A stretch of 64,000 nucleotides of DNA. Origin: an uncultured bacterium (GTDB lineage Bacteria > Babelota > Babeliae > Babelales > Babelaceae). The translations under genes and the position numbers were made by a program. Where the stretch lies: NCBI GenBank assembly GCA_963819815.1, contig CAWFXL010000001.1:384001-448000 (forward strand), given 5' to 3'. This document shows, one piece after another, positions 19,609 to 28,843 of this stretch (positions within the stretch are counted from its first letter, which is position 1; every line of letters begins with the position of its first letter). A model generated the notes under the pieces. The model did no database searches. It had not been told where the DNA came from and worked only from the letters and a program-made list of their open reading frames with translations.

Positions 19609-19881
19609 CTATTCGGCAAGAAAACTTTCTGCGAGCGCAAAGATCAAGCAACAGAACGTATTGGTTTTTTGATAGAAGAAGAACAAAATCAGTTATCTGG
19701 AGCTTTGAGTATCACTATGATGACAAGTATGGATTTGATAATGACCTATGAGCGTATACAAGCGGAGAGATAGCGCGTTGCAAAAGAATTGCAGCTTTCT
19801 AGATAAGCCCGATTAATCTAACAGGAGCTTCTGTACCATCTTTTATCTTAAGTGGCAGGGCAAGTCTAAAAGCACCCTTCA
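19609..19881. repeat. Decayed duplicate of the PLD 3' end / cyclase 3' end junction (21369..21740)
   Basis: 19800-19881 matches 21659-21740 at 78/82 nt; upstream patches match the PLD tail with deletions. Confidence 0.9.
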
Positions 19882-19951
19882 AGGGTACAGAATTTTTGTT
19901 TGGCCTATGCAATGAAGGTAACGCCACCTGAAGTGGCCATTTCTACTCATT

Positions 19952-20045
19952 GATAAAGTACTCCTTTAGGGAGGTAGTATGGCTAAAAATCGCACCATAG
20001 TATAGGTTTTGCATACTTTCGCGTTACTTTTATCATCTTAAGAAC
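19952..20045. repeat. Decayed duplicate of the abiEi upstream region (~28326..28425)
   Basis: AAAAATCGCACC...TTTGCATACTTTCGCGTTACTTTT vs AAAAATCGCGCC...TTTGCATACTTTCGTGTTATTTTT. Confidence 0.7.
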
Positions 20046-20464
20046 CCCGTTTTCTTGTGTGAAATACTGGTGCTGGCACTGGCAAGAAGAATTTAGCTCG
20101 CTGGAATTAACGTTCAGAAAGAGCTTAATGACCAAGAGAGCCATTTAACATTATCTAGAAATGCAAATAGCCCTATATGACCACACATAGTAGACCAGAA
20201 GGAGCGAATGTTGGGCAATGTAGATCAAAGTGGGCAATGATCAAAAATTGACAAATTTATGAACACAGGTTAAAATAAGTCTTAATGGAAAATAATTTTT
20301 TTAAAAGAAAAGCCATGCGAGATAGGATGAAACTTTTAAAACAAGGCTAAAAGCTGGGCTTTTATCGGCCTTTTACAATTACGGTATTGAAGCTATAGCA
20401 AAATGGCTAAAAAGCATTAACGCAATCAAATATAATCGATATAAAATATTAAATAGGTGTTCAC

Positions 20465-21589
20465 ATGAAAAAACTCATCCTCATTATCGCATCAGTAGTT
20501 ATTGTTTCAAGTACACACTTGATTCTTTCAAGTACATCTGAACAAACCCGGAAACGCCCTCATTCGACAATTTCCTCAACCGGCAGTTCAACAACGTCTC
20601 CCCAAAATGCTCATGTCCAGGCTTTTTTTACGCCTCAGGATGATGTTGAAGCTAAGTTGTTGTCATTTCTTAATCAAGCTCGCAGAACAGTTTTAATGGC
20701 AATGTATTGGATCACCAATGATCGGATTATTGATAAGCTTATTGAGCTTAAACGCAGAGGTAGAGATGTAAAAGTAATCATTGATGAGTCCTCTCCAGAT
20801 ATCCTCGAAGTCTCGAGGATATTATTATCAGGTGATATTATTCCCTTAATTTACCCTTCGAAAACGTTTAAGATGCTTTCCAATATTGGCATAATGCATG
20901 ACAAATTCGTTGTTGTCGATAATGATGATGTTTTTACAGGCTCAGCCAATTTTACCAAGCAAGGTCTCACTAATTCAGATGTTGCTAATTATGAAAACAT
21001 TCTGATCCTTAAGGCAAATGGGATCGCTCGAAATTATAAAGTCTCTTTTTTTAATATACACTCCGAAACACGGAAAACATATATCTACCTATTAGCAAAT
21101 CTTGCAAGAGATGAAATGCCCGATTGGTTTAGTTTATTATTGACAAAACTTCCAAAAGAATCTCTCAATAGAGCTTTTGAAGATAATAGGAATGAGTTTG
21201 ATGAAAATCAACAGGCAAGCGTAATGCAATTTCTTAGCACACAAACTAGACAAATATCTGGGCCGTCCTCGAGTACATCAAGGGGAATTCGTCGACAAGA
21301 AAGAGACCAAAGCTCTTTTAGATCGTCTAGCACCGATAGACGGTCTATATCACCAGTAGAACGACCTACTATTAAGCAAGAAAAATTTCTGCGAGCTCGA
21401 AATATTAATATAGCGAAAATGTCCAAAAATGAAGCAACAGAACGTATTCGTATTTTGATAGGGCAAGAACAAGATGAACATTCGGGAAGCTTTGTAAATG
21501 AATGGGATAATGAGTATGAAGGGGATGACGATGAATGGGACAATGAATATGAACAGGATGATAATGATTGGAATGATGATGACCTATGA
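20465..21589 (+). CDS. Secreted phospholipase D superfamily protein (single HKD motif, Nuc/Zucchini-like) with acidic Trp-repeat tail
   Basis: FFTPQD, MAMYWIT, HDKFVVVD...TGSANFT...NYEN; signal peptide. Confidence 0.9.
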   Translation: MKKLILIIASVVIVSSTHLILSSTSEQTRKRPHSTISSTGSSTTSPQNAHVQAFFTPQDDVEAKLLSFLNQARRTVLMAMYWITNDRIIDKLIELKRRGRDVKVIIDESSPDILEVSRILLSGDIIPLIYPSKTFKMLSNIGIMHDKFVVVDNDDVFTGSANFTKQGLTNSDVANYENILILKANGIARNYKVSFFNIHSETRKTYIYLLANLARDEMPDWFSLLLTKLPKESLNRAFEDNRNEFDENQQASVMQFLSTQTRQISGPSSSTSRGIRRQERDQSSFRSSSTDRRSISPVERPTIKQEKFLRARNINIAKMSKNEATERIRILIGQEQDEHSGSFVNEWDNEYEGDDDEWDNEYEQDDNDWNDDDL

Positions 21590-21657
21590 ACGTATGAAAA
21601 AACTTATTAAAGGGTAGTGCTTGCTTTCTCCTCTTTAATAGTGTGCATTGCAGTTTT

Positions 21658-22380
21658 TTAGATAAGCCCAATTAATCTAACAGGAGCTTCTGTACCATCT
21701 TTTATTTTAAGTGGCAGGGCAAGTATAAAAGCTCCCTTCATCGGTAATAGTTTTAGGTTCGTTGCATTTTCAACAATGTACTTGTTTGCTCCAAGCAATA
21801 ATGAATGCACAGGATAGCCATCTTCGGGTCTATCTGGAGAGGGGGTATCAATGACAAGACCAGCAATATCTCGCTTTAAGAGGAATTCGGCGGCATCTGG
21901 TGACATCGAGGGGAACAGATTGTTATTACGATATTCTGCAGGTTTATGCCAATATGCATCCCAACCAGATCGTATGACGATTATAGTTCCACGAGCTATA
22001 TCACCAAGTGTTGCTTCACAGTTTTTAATATCTTGAATCGATACCGTTGAGCGTTCGTGTACATTCTGAGAAATATCGATAACCAAGCAGGGAGCTATAA
22101 GGGCTTCTAGAGCTAATTGATCAACGGTCGCAGCATGAGGAATACAATGAGCCGGGGCATCTATATGCGTTCCCATGCCAGCCCTGAAAGTAAGTTGTTG
22201 AACACGAAAAGGAAATGGAACAAAAGGGGCGGTCTGTCCATACTCATTAGTAATATGCTCTTTAAAACCACATTGCCCATCCCAAGTTGGAGCATTCTCA
22301 TCGAGTGTATGAGTTAAATCAACGATCGAATAAGGAAATGGTTTCATTGACATAATCTTTCGCACTTTTTTACCAAACAT
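21658..22380 (-). CDS. Cyclase-family metal-dependent hydrolase (kynurenine formamidase KynB-like)
   Basis: DLTHTL, GTHIDAPAH, IDTPSPD, HSLLL...IVEN, LPLKIKDGTEAPVR. Confidence 0.9.
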   Translation of the reverse strand: MFGKKVRKIMSMKPFPYSIVDLTHTLDENAPTWDGQCGFKEHITNEYGQTAPFVPFPFRVQQLTFRAGMGTHIDAPAHCIPHAATVDQLALEALIAPCLVIDISQNVHERSTVSIQDIKNCEATLGDIARGTIIVIRSGWDAYWHKPAEYRNNNLFPSMSPDAAEFLLKRDIAGLVIDTPSPDRPEDGYPVHSLLLGANKYIVENATNLKLLPMKGAFILALPLKIKDGTEAPVRLIGLI

Positions 22381-22623
22381 TTTTCTCTTTTATTCAATCT
22401 ACCAAGGATAAAGTATTTACCAAAATTTGCCTAGGGCTCTTGCTAAGATTGCAGTAAGTGCCCAACATAAAAGCAATTGAGCATCTTTTGTTAATCGCAT
22501 GTGCTAGTATGTTTCCTGTTGCACGCTTTGGAGCATCACGTTGGACATACGACTTGTGGGTCACACTAATTTACGCAAAGTCACCTGAAGCGGCCTTTGT
22601 CCATACGTAATCCGAGATCAAAC

Positions 22624-22652
22624 TTGACGTTTAAAAAAGAAAAATCTATAAT
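22624..22652 (+). promoter_or_regulatory. Near-consensus sigma70 promoter
   Basis: TTGACG-N17-TATAAT upstream of the methyltransferase. Confidence 0.75.
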
Positions 22653-22688
22653 GTCTATATGGATTTAATCATAGAAAAAGGAAGCTTA

Positions 22689-23861
22689 ATGCAATTGTAT
22701 AGTATACTATTTTTGACTTTAACTGGATTCGGGCATGCCTGTTTAGGATCCTCAGCTGCGGTTCAATCAACTTCATTGCCTACTTTGCTCGACCAATCTA
22801 GAAGGGTAGAAAAGAAGGACCTTCTAGGTAGGGTGATAAATACCTTGCCTGCAGATAAAGATGCCACCTTTCGAAATGCCATCTTTCATGTGGCAATTTC
22901 TGCTCTCGGAGACTCATATGAAGCAAAACCCAGGGCTATAGTATCTGCTGATGGTAAGAATACGTATGGACAAAGTTTTCCCCTAGACCCCGAAGTTCTT
23001 ATGGATATTATCGATCTTGCTCAGGGAAAAACTGTTCTAGAAATCGCTGCAGCTCATGGTGAAAACGCAGTGCTATTGGGTCTTGCAGGCGCTGAAAGAG
23101 TAGTAATCAATGATATAGAGCCGGCAGAGCTTGAAAAATGTCGTGAACGGCTTGAGGAATTACCTGCCGACACGCGGGCTAAGTTTACCCTCGCCCCGGG
23201 GGATTGCTTAAAGGTATTTGCAGGGGATGAATATACTGCCTGTTTTGACGTAATTTATGCGCGTAATATTATGCATTTTTTGTTTGGCGAGAAAAGAGAA
23301 CAGTTTATTCATACGGTGCATAGGCTTCTTAAACCTGATGGTCATCTGATTATTACGGCAAACTCAGCTCAGCCACTTCTGGCTACCAAAAAAATAGTGC
23401 CGATTTCACATGAATATGTATTTAAACAGAGGGGCTATAAACTGCGACTTCCAGAGGGTCATATCAATTTCTTTCAGACCTTTAAGGTTGAGGATGATCT
23501 GACCACTGTCGATCCAGTGCGATCCCGCTATATTCCCCTCATTCGATTTACTGAGCATGGCATATACTACGAGAAAGAATTTGTAGCTCTCCCTTCAGAA
23601 GACAAAGCAAGGCTTAATAACCACGTAGCAGATTGCATCGAAGAATATGGACTCCATAAACTTGCTTTAGATGGAAGGGCCATTGAATGCCATGAAAATC
23701 AGACCATCTGTTATATGCCGGTCACTCTCGAAGAAGCATTCTCAGGCGTAGGTCTTGTGGCGCAACATAGTCAATTTACCGACCTTAGCGGTCATATCGC
23801 AGTCCATCAAAATAAAGCGAATCACCTAACGATGTTTTTCAAAAAACAGCCAGTGCAGTGA
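22689..23861 (+). CDS. Secreted class I SAM-dependent methyltransferase
   Basis: VLEIAAAHG, VVINDI, GDCL, FDVIYARNIMHF, LLKPDGHL; signal peptide from MQLYS. Confidence 0.85.
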   Translation: MQLYSILFLTLTGFGHACLGSSAAVQSTSLPTLLDQSRRVEKKDLLGRVINTLPADKDATFRNAIFHVAISALGDSYEAKPRAIVSADGKNTYGQSFPLDPEVLMDIIDLAQGKTVLEIAAAHGENAVLLGLAGAERVVINDIEPAELEKCRERLEELPADTRAKFTLAPGDCLKVFAGDEYTACFDVIYARNIMHFLFGEKREQFIHTVHRLLKPDGHLIITANSAQPLLATKKIVPISHEYVFKQRGYKLRLPEGHINFFQTFKVEDDLTTVDPVRSRYIPLIRFTEHGIYYEKEFVALPSEDKARLNNHVADCIEEYGLHKLALDGRAIECHENQTICYMPVTLEEAFSGVGLVAQHSQFTDLSGHIAVHQNKANHLTMFFKKQPVQ

Positions 23862-24126
23862 TCTCTCAGTAGGCTTATTCCAACTGTAGATTCTGTAATA
23901 TGCCTTGAATAATATGATTTCGCATGAGTTTTCTAGTCTTCGCATACTGCCTTTTTGTATCCCTTTTCACTCTCCCATCAATTCTCATTGAAAAACTATA
24001 GAAATTTGTATTATATTTTTGTTACAATTAAAGAGTTGAGGCCATTGTGTCAAGTATGCAAGGGTTGATGATCCCAACAGACCAAACTCAACTCACAAAA
24101 GTCTAATTACTACCTAGGAGATACAT

Positions 24127-24846
24127 ATGAAATTTCAATCAGCTTTTATAGGACTAGTCCTTCTACTCAGCATAACAAACTATCTTGAATCACGAGGAGG
24201 CGGCGGTGGCGGTCATGGCGGTGGTCATGGCGGTGGTGGATATAGCATGGGTGGGCATTCAGGTGGATCCTATTCAGGGGGTAGATCATATTCAAGTGGA
24301 TCATATTCGGCAGCTCCGCATAGCTCTATGGGTTCAAGTGTACAGCATAGCTCCGCGAGTCCAAGTACATCGCAAAGCACTGCAGGTTCGTATTATACCT
24401 CGTATTATACCCCTAGTAGCACAGCGGGCCATGGCAGCACAGGTTCAATAAGAATAGTGCAAACGGGTCCTGTATCACCAGGACTTGCCAGTTCTCCTCG
24501 AGGTGGCGGCCAAAGTCGGTCAGTAGGAACTACGGGACAAGGTTTTGCGCCTCGTTCTCAAGGTATGCAAGCTAGCCAAGGTGCCGGTCGATTTGGACAA
24601 GGGAGTCATTATGGATCAACGGGAAGAGGAGGTCGAAATGTCGGCAACTCAACTGGTAGAGATTTTGGCCATAATCAACGCGGCGGTAGCTGGACAGGTG
24701 GATATTATGGACCTTATCTCATAGGCGCAGCATATGCGGGAATTCCGGTCATCGACTATGCGCTTGATTCTGGATGTTATGTAGACATAGAAGGAGACAC
24801 GGTCTGTGAAATGGAAGATGGTTGGTATTACGCAGACATGGAGTAA
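24127..24846 (+). CDS. Secreted Gly/Ser-rich low-complexity protein
   Basis: AGGAG RBS, signal peptide, RGGGGGGHGGGHGGGG, C-terminal Cys pair. Confidence 0.8.
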   Translation: MKFQSAFIGLVLLLSITNYLESRGGGGGGHGGGHGGGGYSMGGHSGGSYSGGRSYSSGSYSAAPHSSMGSSVQHSSASPSTSQSTAGSYYTSYYTPSSTAGHGSTGSIRIVQTGPVSPGLASSPRGGGQSRSVGTTGQGFAPRSQGMQASQGAGRFGQGSHYGSTGRGGRNVGNSTGRDFGHNQRGGSWTGGYYGPYLIGAAYAGIPVIDYALDSGCYVDIEGDTVCEMEDGWYYADME

Positions 24847-24980
24847 TCCAAAAGGGGAGGGTGATCCAACAGTATGGCTGACGTCCTGGTATCTTTGTTA
24901 AAAATAAAAAACTAAGGACTAGTTAGAACCAATTTTTGCGGTAGATTCGCAAGTCAACTGACACTAGAAAGGATACATTC

Positions 24981-26357
24981 ATGGTCCATTATGCTTTCAT
25001 GCTACTAATTTTAAGTTCAGCATCATTGGTCATTGCCACAGACCACTCATCTCAGGCGTCACCCCCCGAGAAAATGATAACCTTGATAAGTTCTGACAGC
25101 CAAAAATTCATAGTCCCCTTAGAAATTGCACGACAGGTGCCTGCAATTGAGGCAACTCTTCAGCTTATAGAACCATTACCTGGTTTTACATTCGATAAGG
25201 TGACTGGAGAGGTATTGAGTGAGATTGCACAACTTATGCAGGAACTCTCTCTTCATAAAAATCTCAGCCCTGAAGAATTTTTTGAGAAGTTTGAAAATTC
25301 CATCCCTATCAAGGATAATCTTGCCTTTGCGATAGCCGTAAAACATATAGGTTTTAAACCCGGTATTGATTTCATTGCTCAAAAATACGAACAATTAGAT
25401 GACTATTATTTCCCTTCACCTGAATATGACTATTGGATGAAGTTGATTGAGCAGACTGATTCTACAGCATTTGAACAGCTCAAAAAGTGTGGGGTCACCT
25501 ATGGAAAACCATGCTTGGAAATGGCTATAGATCAATCTTATTCATTAGTTGTGCCTGGAGAGGAAGAATCTCACGGATACCCTTTTCTCTTGATAAACCC
25601 TGACTTGAAACTCGAAGATGCACCCTACGTGAAAAGCAGACTCGAAAGTGTCCTTACCTGGTATAAACATGATACAGAAACTCGAGCTTCTGCAATTACT
25701 CCTGATGAACAAAGCAAGGTAATGGAGATAATAAAAGATCTTGCTCCTCCCTTATATCAAGAAATGATAGCTGTCGACCCTACGGGAGCACACCACATAA
25801 AGAGATATTATGGCGGTTCTAATGCAGAAATTGCACCGTCTGCACTGGATGGATTACCAGAAATTCGTATAAGTGCGGATTTTTCAAATCAGCCTAAAAG
25901 CATGCTTCGTGTTCTTATGGCACATGAATTGGGACATTATGCATTGGTTCATTTTAATATAGCTCGTTTGACTCACGAAGTTCTCGAGAAGAATTCATTA
26001 AGGCAATTTAAAAAAGGGAAAAGGGTTAGTGGACAGCTTGGATTTGAAGAAAGTTTCGCACATGCATTTTCAAGAACGCAAGAATATGAGGCGGATAAAT
26101 TTGCGGTACTAGAGCTTGGAATTCCACTTGATGATGCAATTGCTTGGGCAAAAAAGGAGGCTCAAGAAGCAGGCGAGGTGGAGAATAAAGCACCCTCAAA
26201 AATGACATTTACGAGCACTCACCCATTCTGGACGTCTCGAATAAAGCAGTTTGAAGAGCTGCGCCCAGAAATCGAATTAAACAAAGCTCATAACAAGAAA
26301 CCTATTCAGGTTCAGTGGAAGCAATTGGCAGAACAGTATATAAGGGAAATCTCATGA
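24981..26357 (+). CDS. Secreted Skp1/POZ-like domain + M48-like zinc metallopeptidase
   Basis: ITLISSDSQKFIVPLEIARQ (Skp1-like); LMAHELGH, SRTQEYEADKFA, STHP...RI (M48 motifs). Confidence 0.8.
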   Translation: MVHYAFMLLILSSASLVIATDHSSQASPPEKMITLISSDSQKFIVPLEIARQVPAIEATLQLIEPLPGFTFDKVTGEVLSEIAQLMQELSLHKNLSPEEFFEKFENSIPIKDNLAFAIAVKHIGFKPGIDFIAQKYEQLDDYYFPSPEYDYWMKLIEQTDSTAFEQLKKCGVTYGKPCLEMAIDQSYSLVVPGEEESHGYPFLLINPDLKLEDAPYVKSRLESVLTWYKHDTETRASAITPDEQSKVMEIIKDLAPPLYQEMIAVDPTGAHHIKRYYGGSNAEIAPSALDGLPEIRISADFSNQPKSMLRVLMAHELGHYALVHFNIARLTHEVLEKNSLRQFKKGKRVSGQLGFEESFAHAFSRTQEYEADKFAVLELGIPLDDAIAWAKKEAQEAGEVENKAPSKMTFTSTHPFWTSRIKQFEELRPEIELNKAHNKKPIQVQWKQLAEQYIREIS

Positions 26358-26416
26358 AAATGAACTGGGCTTATCCTCCTCAAAAGGGGCTCTCTAGCTG
26401 TATGCCCCTACATTGC

Positions 26417-26463
26417 CTTCTTTAAAGTGACTGTACCCTGATCAGGCTCCGACTTACATGCAT
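26417..26463 (+). repeat. 47-bp direct repeat, copy 1 (copy 2 at 28791..28837)
   Basis: CTTCTTTAAAGTGACTGTACCCTGATCAGGCTCCGACTTACATGCAT; 43/47 identical to copy 2. Confidence 0.92.
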
Positions 26464-26660
26464 ACAACCTTATGGAGTAACTTCCAAAGGATTCAAAGGA
26501 AAAACTAGATAAGAAAAAAGAGACATTGAAAGTATGGGAGTTTCCTTTTTTGTCTCTCTGCGAAGAGTATCCAAAAGGGGAGGTTCTAAGAGCATTCGTG
26601 TCTCGATGTTGTGCACCCTCAATCACCTAGCAAATATTATTATGCTAAGAAGACAATTAG

Positions 26661-26750
26661 GATGCCGCATTATTTCCTTGACTTTCCGATCCCGCACCTA
26701 TTAGAATTTGTTAGCAGGTGGTATGCACTGGTCAAAGAGTTTCAAACATC
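26661..26750 (+). repeat. Orphan duplicate of the promoter/leader at 32862..32951
   Basis: Both copies have TTGACT-N18-TAGAAT followed by GGTCAAAGAGTTTCAAACATC. Confidence 0.88.
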
Positions 26751-26775
26751 CCCAAACAAAAATGATACTAACGCT

Positions 26776-27654
26776 TTAAAATTCCTTATCGATAAATGTA
26801 ATTTTAGAGAACCAGTAGAGAAAGAAGTCTTCAGACCATTCACTTAATTGTGTAGCATCACGAAGGAAAGGGCGCACATCTGCTTGAGCATCAGCGAAGT
26901 TTAGTGTTTTTAAGCGCTTAGTGAAGATATGAGCTAATCGGTCCGGCGTCAACTTTTCATCAGAATTGAGCTCATTATTTTTTTGCATAAGTTTCGCTAA
27001 ATAAGACACATTTAGCGGGATTTCTCTCCGGATAAACCAAACAAAATCATACCAATCCCTTCCTTTAACGCGATGTTTCCAAGCACGATAAAGCGCAGCA
27101 TGTAATTTGCATGCAAAGAGATCTGATTTTACAACAGCGGATATAGATACTGGAATTGGATCCTTAATAAAGGTATTTTCAACGTTAAAGCCTAGGGTGG
27201 GATCGGTGTCGATTTCAACTTTAATGCGCAAAAGTGTTTCAGGATGTTTTCCTTTCAAACCGCTTTCTAATACTCCAATTTTTAGCAAAGACTCCACCGT
27301 ATTTGCCTTTAAAAATGCAGATTTTATGGGGGATTCAACACTTTTCTTCTTTTCAGTTAGCTCTACCGCAAAACCATATGCACGTAGTTCATCTTCAAGA
27401 CTTTTTTTATACAATTCCCACGCAAAATCAGGATTTGGACGCAGTAAGGTAAAATCAAGATCTTCTGAAAAACGGTCGAGCCCATACAGAATCCGCAATG
27501 CAGTACCACCATAAAATGCTGCCTGCTCGAAAAATTTTCCTCTCCATAAACCAACCAATGCAATTTCCTGAAGTACCTCTCGTAGTGCTCTTTCATATTC
27601 TGAAGGTGATTTTGGAGAATACTTGTTAATCATTACTGATACTAGTTCGTTCAT
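26776..27654 (-). CDS. abiEii: AbiEii/AbiGii-family nucleotidyltransferase toxin (type IV TA)
   Basis: FYGGTALRILYGLDRFSEDLDF, IKVEID, KLHA...KGRDWYD. Confidence 0.92.
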   Translation of the reverse strand: MNELVSVMINKYSPKSPSEYERALREVLQEIALVGLWRGKFFEQAAFYGGTALRILYGLDRFSEDLDFTLLRPNPDFAWELYKKSLEDELRAYGFAVELTEKKKSVESPIKSAFLKANTVESLLKIGVLESGLKGKHPETLLRIKVEIDTDPTLGFNVENTFIKDPIPVSISAVVKSDLFACKLHAALYRAWKHRVKGRDWYDFVWFIRREIPLNVSYLAKLMQKNNELNSDEKLTPDRLAHIFTKRLKTLNFADAQADVRPFLRDATQLSEWSEDFFLYWFSKITFIDKEF

Positions 27655-28295
27655 GATTTCTCCCTTAACAGAAAATTGATTAAATGCGTTATTGTTGAAT
27701 GTGGATAGGCATTGTTGATCTCTTTTAAAAGAGGTAGGTTCAGGCTTTGTAAGTCTTCTTGTTCCATGCGAAAATCCTCGAATAACACCACTTCTAACTC
27801 TGAAACTTTTAAGATCTGTCCTCTGCGGATGACTAATACGTCAACCAAAGCTTTTTCTCTGGTTGCTATCAGATAGCTTTGATAGTCTGAAACCTGTTGG
27901 CGTAGTATTCCTATCGGATATGCTAAAAGTGGTCTATGAGCATAGCTAAATCGACCGATGGGGGTTGTAAAGCTCTGAGTCCTTTTGAAGGTAACGCTCG
28001 TAATTTCTTCAACATGTTCCGGGATCATACCATATTTTTGTAGTGCCCATTCTAAGGATACATACGATGGGCCATATATCATGTTCGCGATCGTTTCAAG
28101 AGAATAGGAAGTACGAGCAAAAAGTGGACCAAAAACATACAATCCTTTTTTTACTCGTATTAATGCTTTGGTCCTGAGTAACTGGGTAAGCTTTGCCCGA
28201 GGAGAACGATAAACTTTGAGACAATCGATGACAAAGCCGTAGTCCATTACTTCAGATGGTGCTCTTGATCTTAATATCTCTATCGCGTGATCCAT
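27651..28295 (-). CDS. abiEi: AbiEi-family antitoxin (type IV TA)
   Basis: LIRVKKGLYV, PSYVSLEWALQKYGMIPE, ITSVT, ATREKALVD; ATGA overlap with abiEii; start at MDHAI after GAGGAG. Confidence 0.9.
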   Translation of the reverse strand: MDHAIEILRSRAPSEVMDYGFVIDCLKVYRSPRAKLTQLLRTKALIRVKKGLYVFGPLFARTSYSLETIANMIYGPSYVSLEWALQKYGMIPEHVEEITSVTFKRTQSFTTPIGRFSYAHRPLLAYPIGILRQQVSDYQSYLIATREKALVDVLVIRRGQILKVSELEVVLFEDFRMEQEDLQSLNLPLLKEINNAYPHSTITHLINFLLREKS

Positions 28296-28329
28296 AATAC
28301 GCTCCTCAATCATGGGGTAATGCAAGATA

Positions 28330-28358
28330 AGTATACTATAGGAGGGGTATAATTTCAA
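28330..28358 (-). promoter_or_regulatory. Sigma70 promoter of the abiE operon
   Basis: Minus strand TTGAAA-N17-TATACT. Confidence 0.7.
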
Positions 28359-28508
28359 TAAAAATCGCGCCAATGTATTGAATTTGCATACTTTCGTGTT
28401 ATTTTTGATTGTCTCTAAGATTCTTTTTTTTTGATAACTGTGGCCATTCTATTTTGCACAAACGCATCGAAATAAGCCAGGTGCAAAAAATTATTTATGA
28501 AAATTTGA

Positions 28509-28790
28509 CGGCTGATAGTAAAGTATCATTGTAAAAAATCAGGAACAACGCTTATCATGATAGACCGATTCTATCCAAGTTCAAAACAATGTCATAGGTG
28601 TTTTGAACTTCATGAGGATCTAGGTTTACAAGATCGAGTATGGACCTGTGCGCTGTGTAGAACCACTCATGATAGAGACTATAATGCTGCGAAAAATATC
28701 GAACGAGTTGGGGCATCAAAGACCAACTTTGTTGGCTATCGCTGTCTGATCCCAGAATCCCCGGAATTTATTCCTGGGCGAGTATGTCAA
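28509..28790 (+). mobile_element. tnpB: IS200/IS605-family tnpB C-terminal fragment (zinc ribbon, RuvC III) plus right end (copy B)
   Basis: IDRFYPSSKQCHRC...RVWTCALCRTTHDRDYNAAKNI; subterminal hairpin CCCCGGAATTTATTCCTGGG; terminal TCAA at 28787-28790. Confidence 0.9.
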
Positions 28791-28837
28791 CTTCTCTAAA
28801 GTGACAATACCTTGATCAGGCTCCGACTTACATGCAT
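28791..28837 (+). repeat. 47-bp direct repeat, copy 2, starting immediately after the IS right end
   Basis: CTTCTCTAAAGTGACAATACCTTGATCAGGCTCCGACTTACATGCAT. Confidence 0.92.
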
Positions 28838-28843
28838 CAATAC

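Noticed and set aside
26611..26847. 78-aa plus-strand ORF next to abiEii
   Set aside because: It runs through the duplicated promoter sequence, so it is probably non-coding
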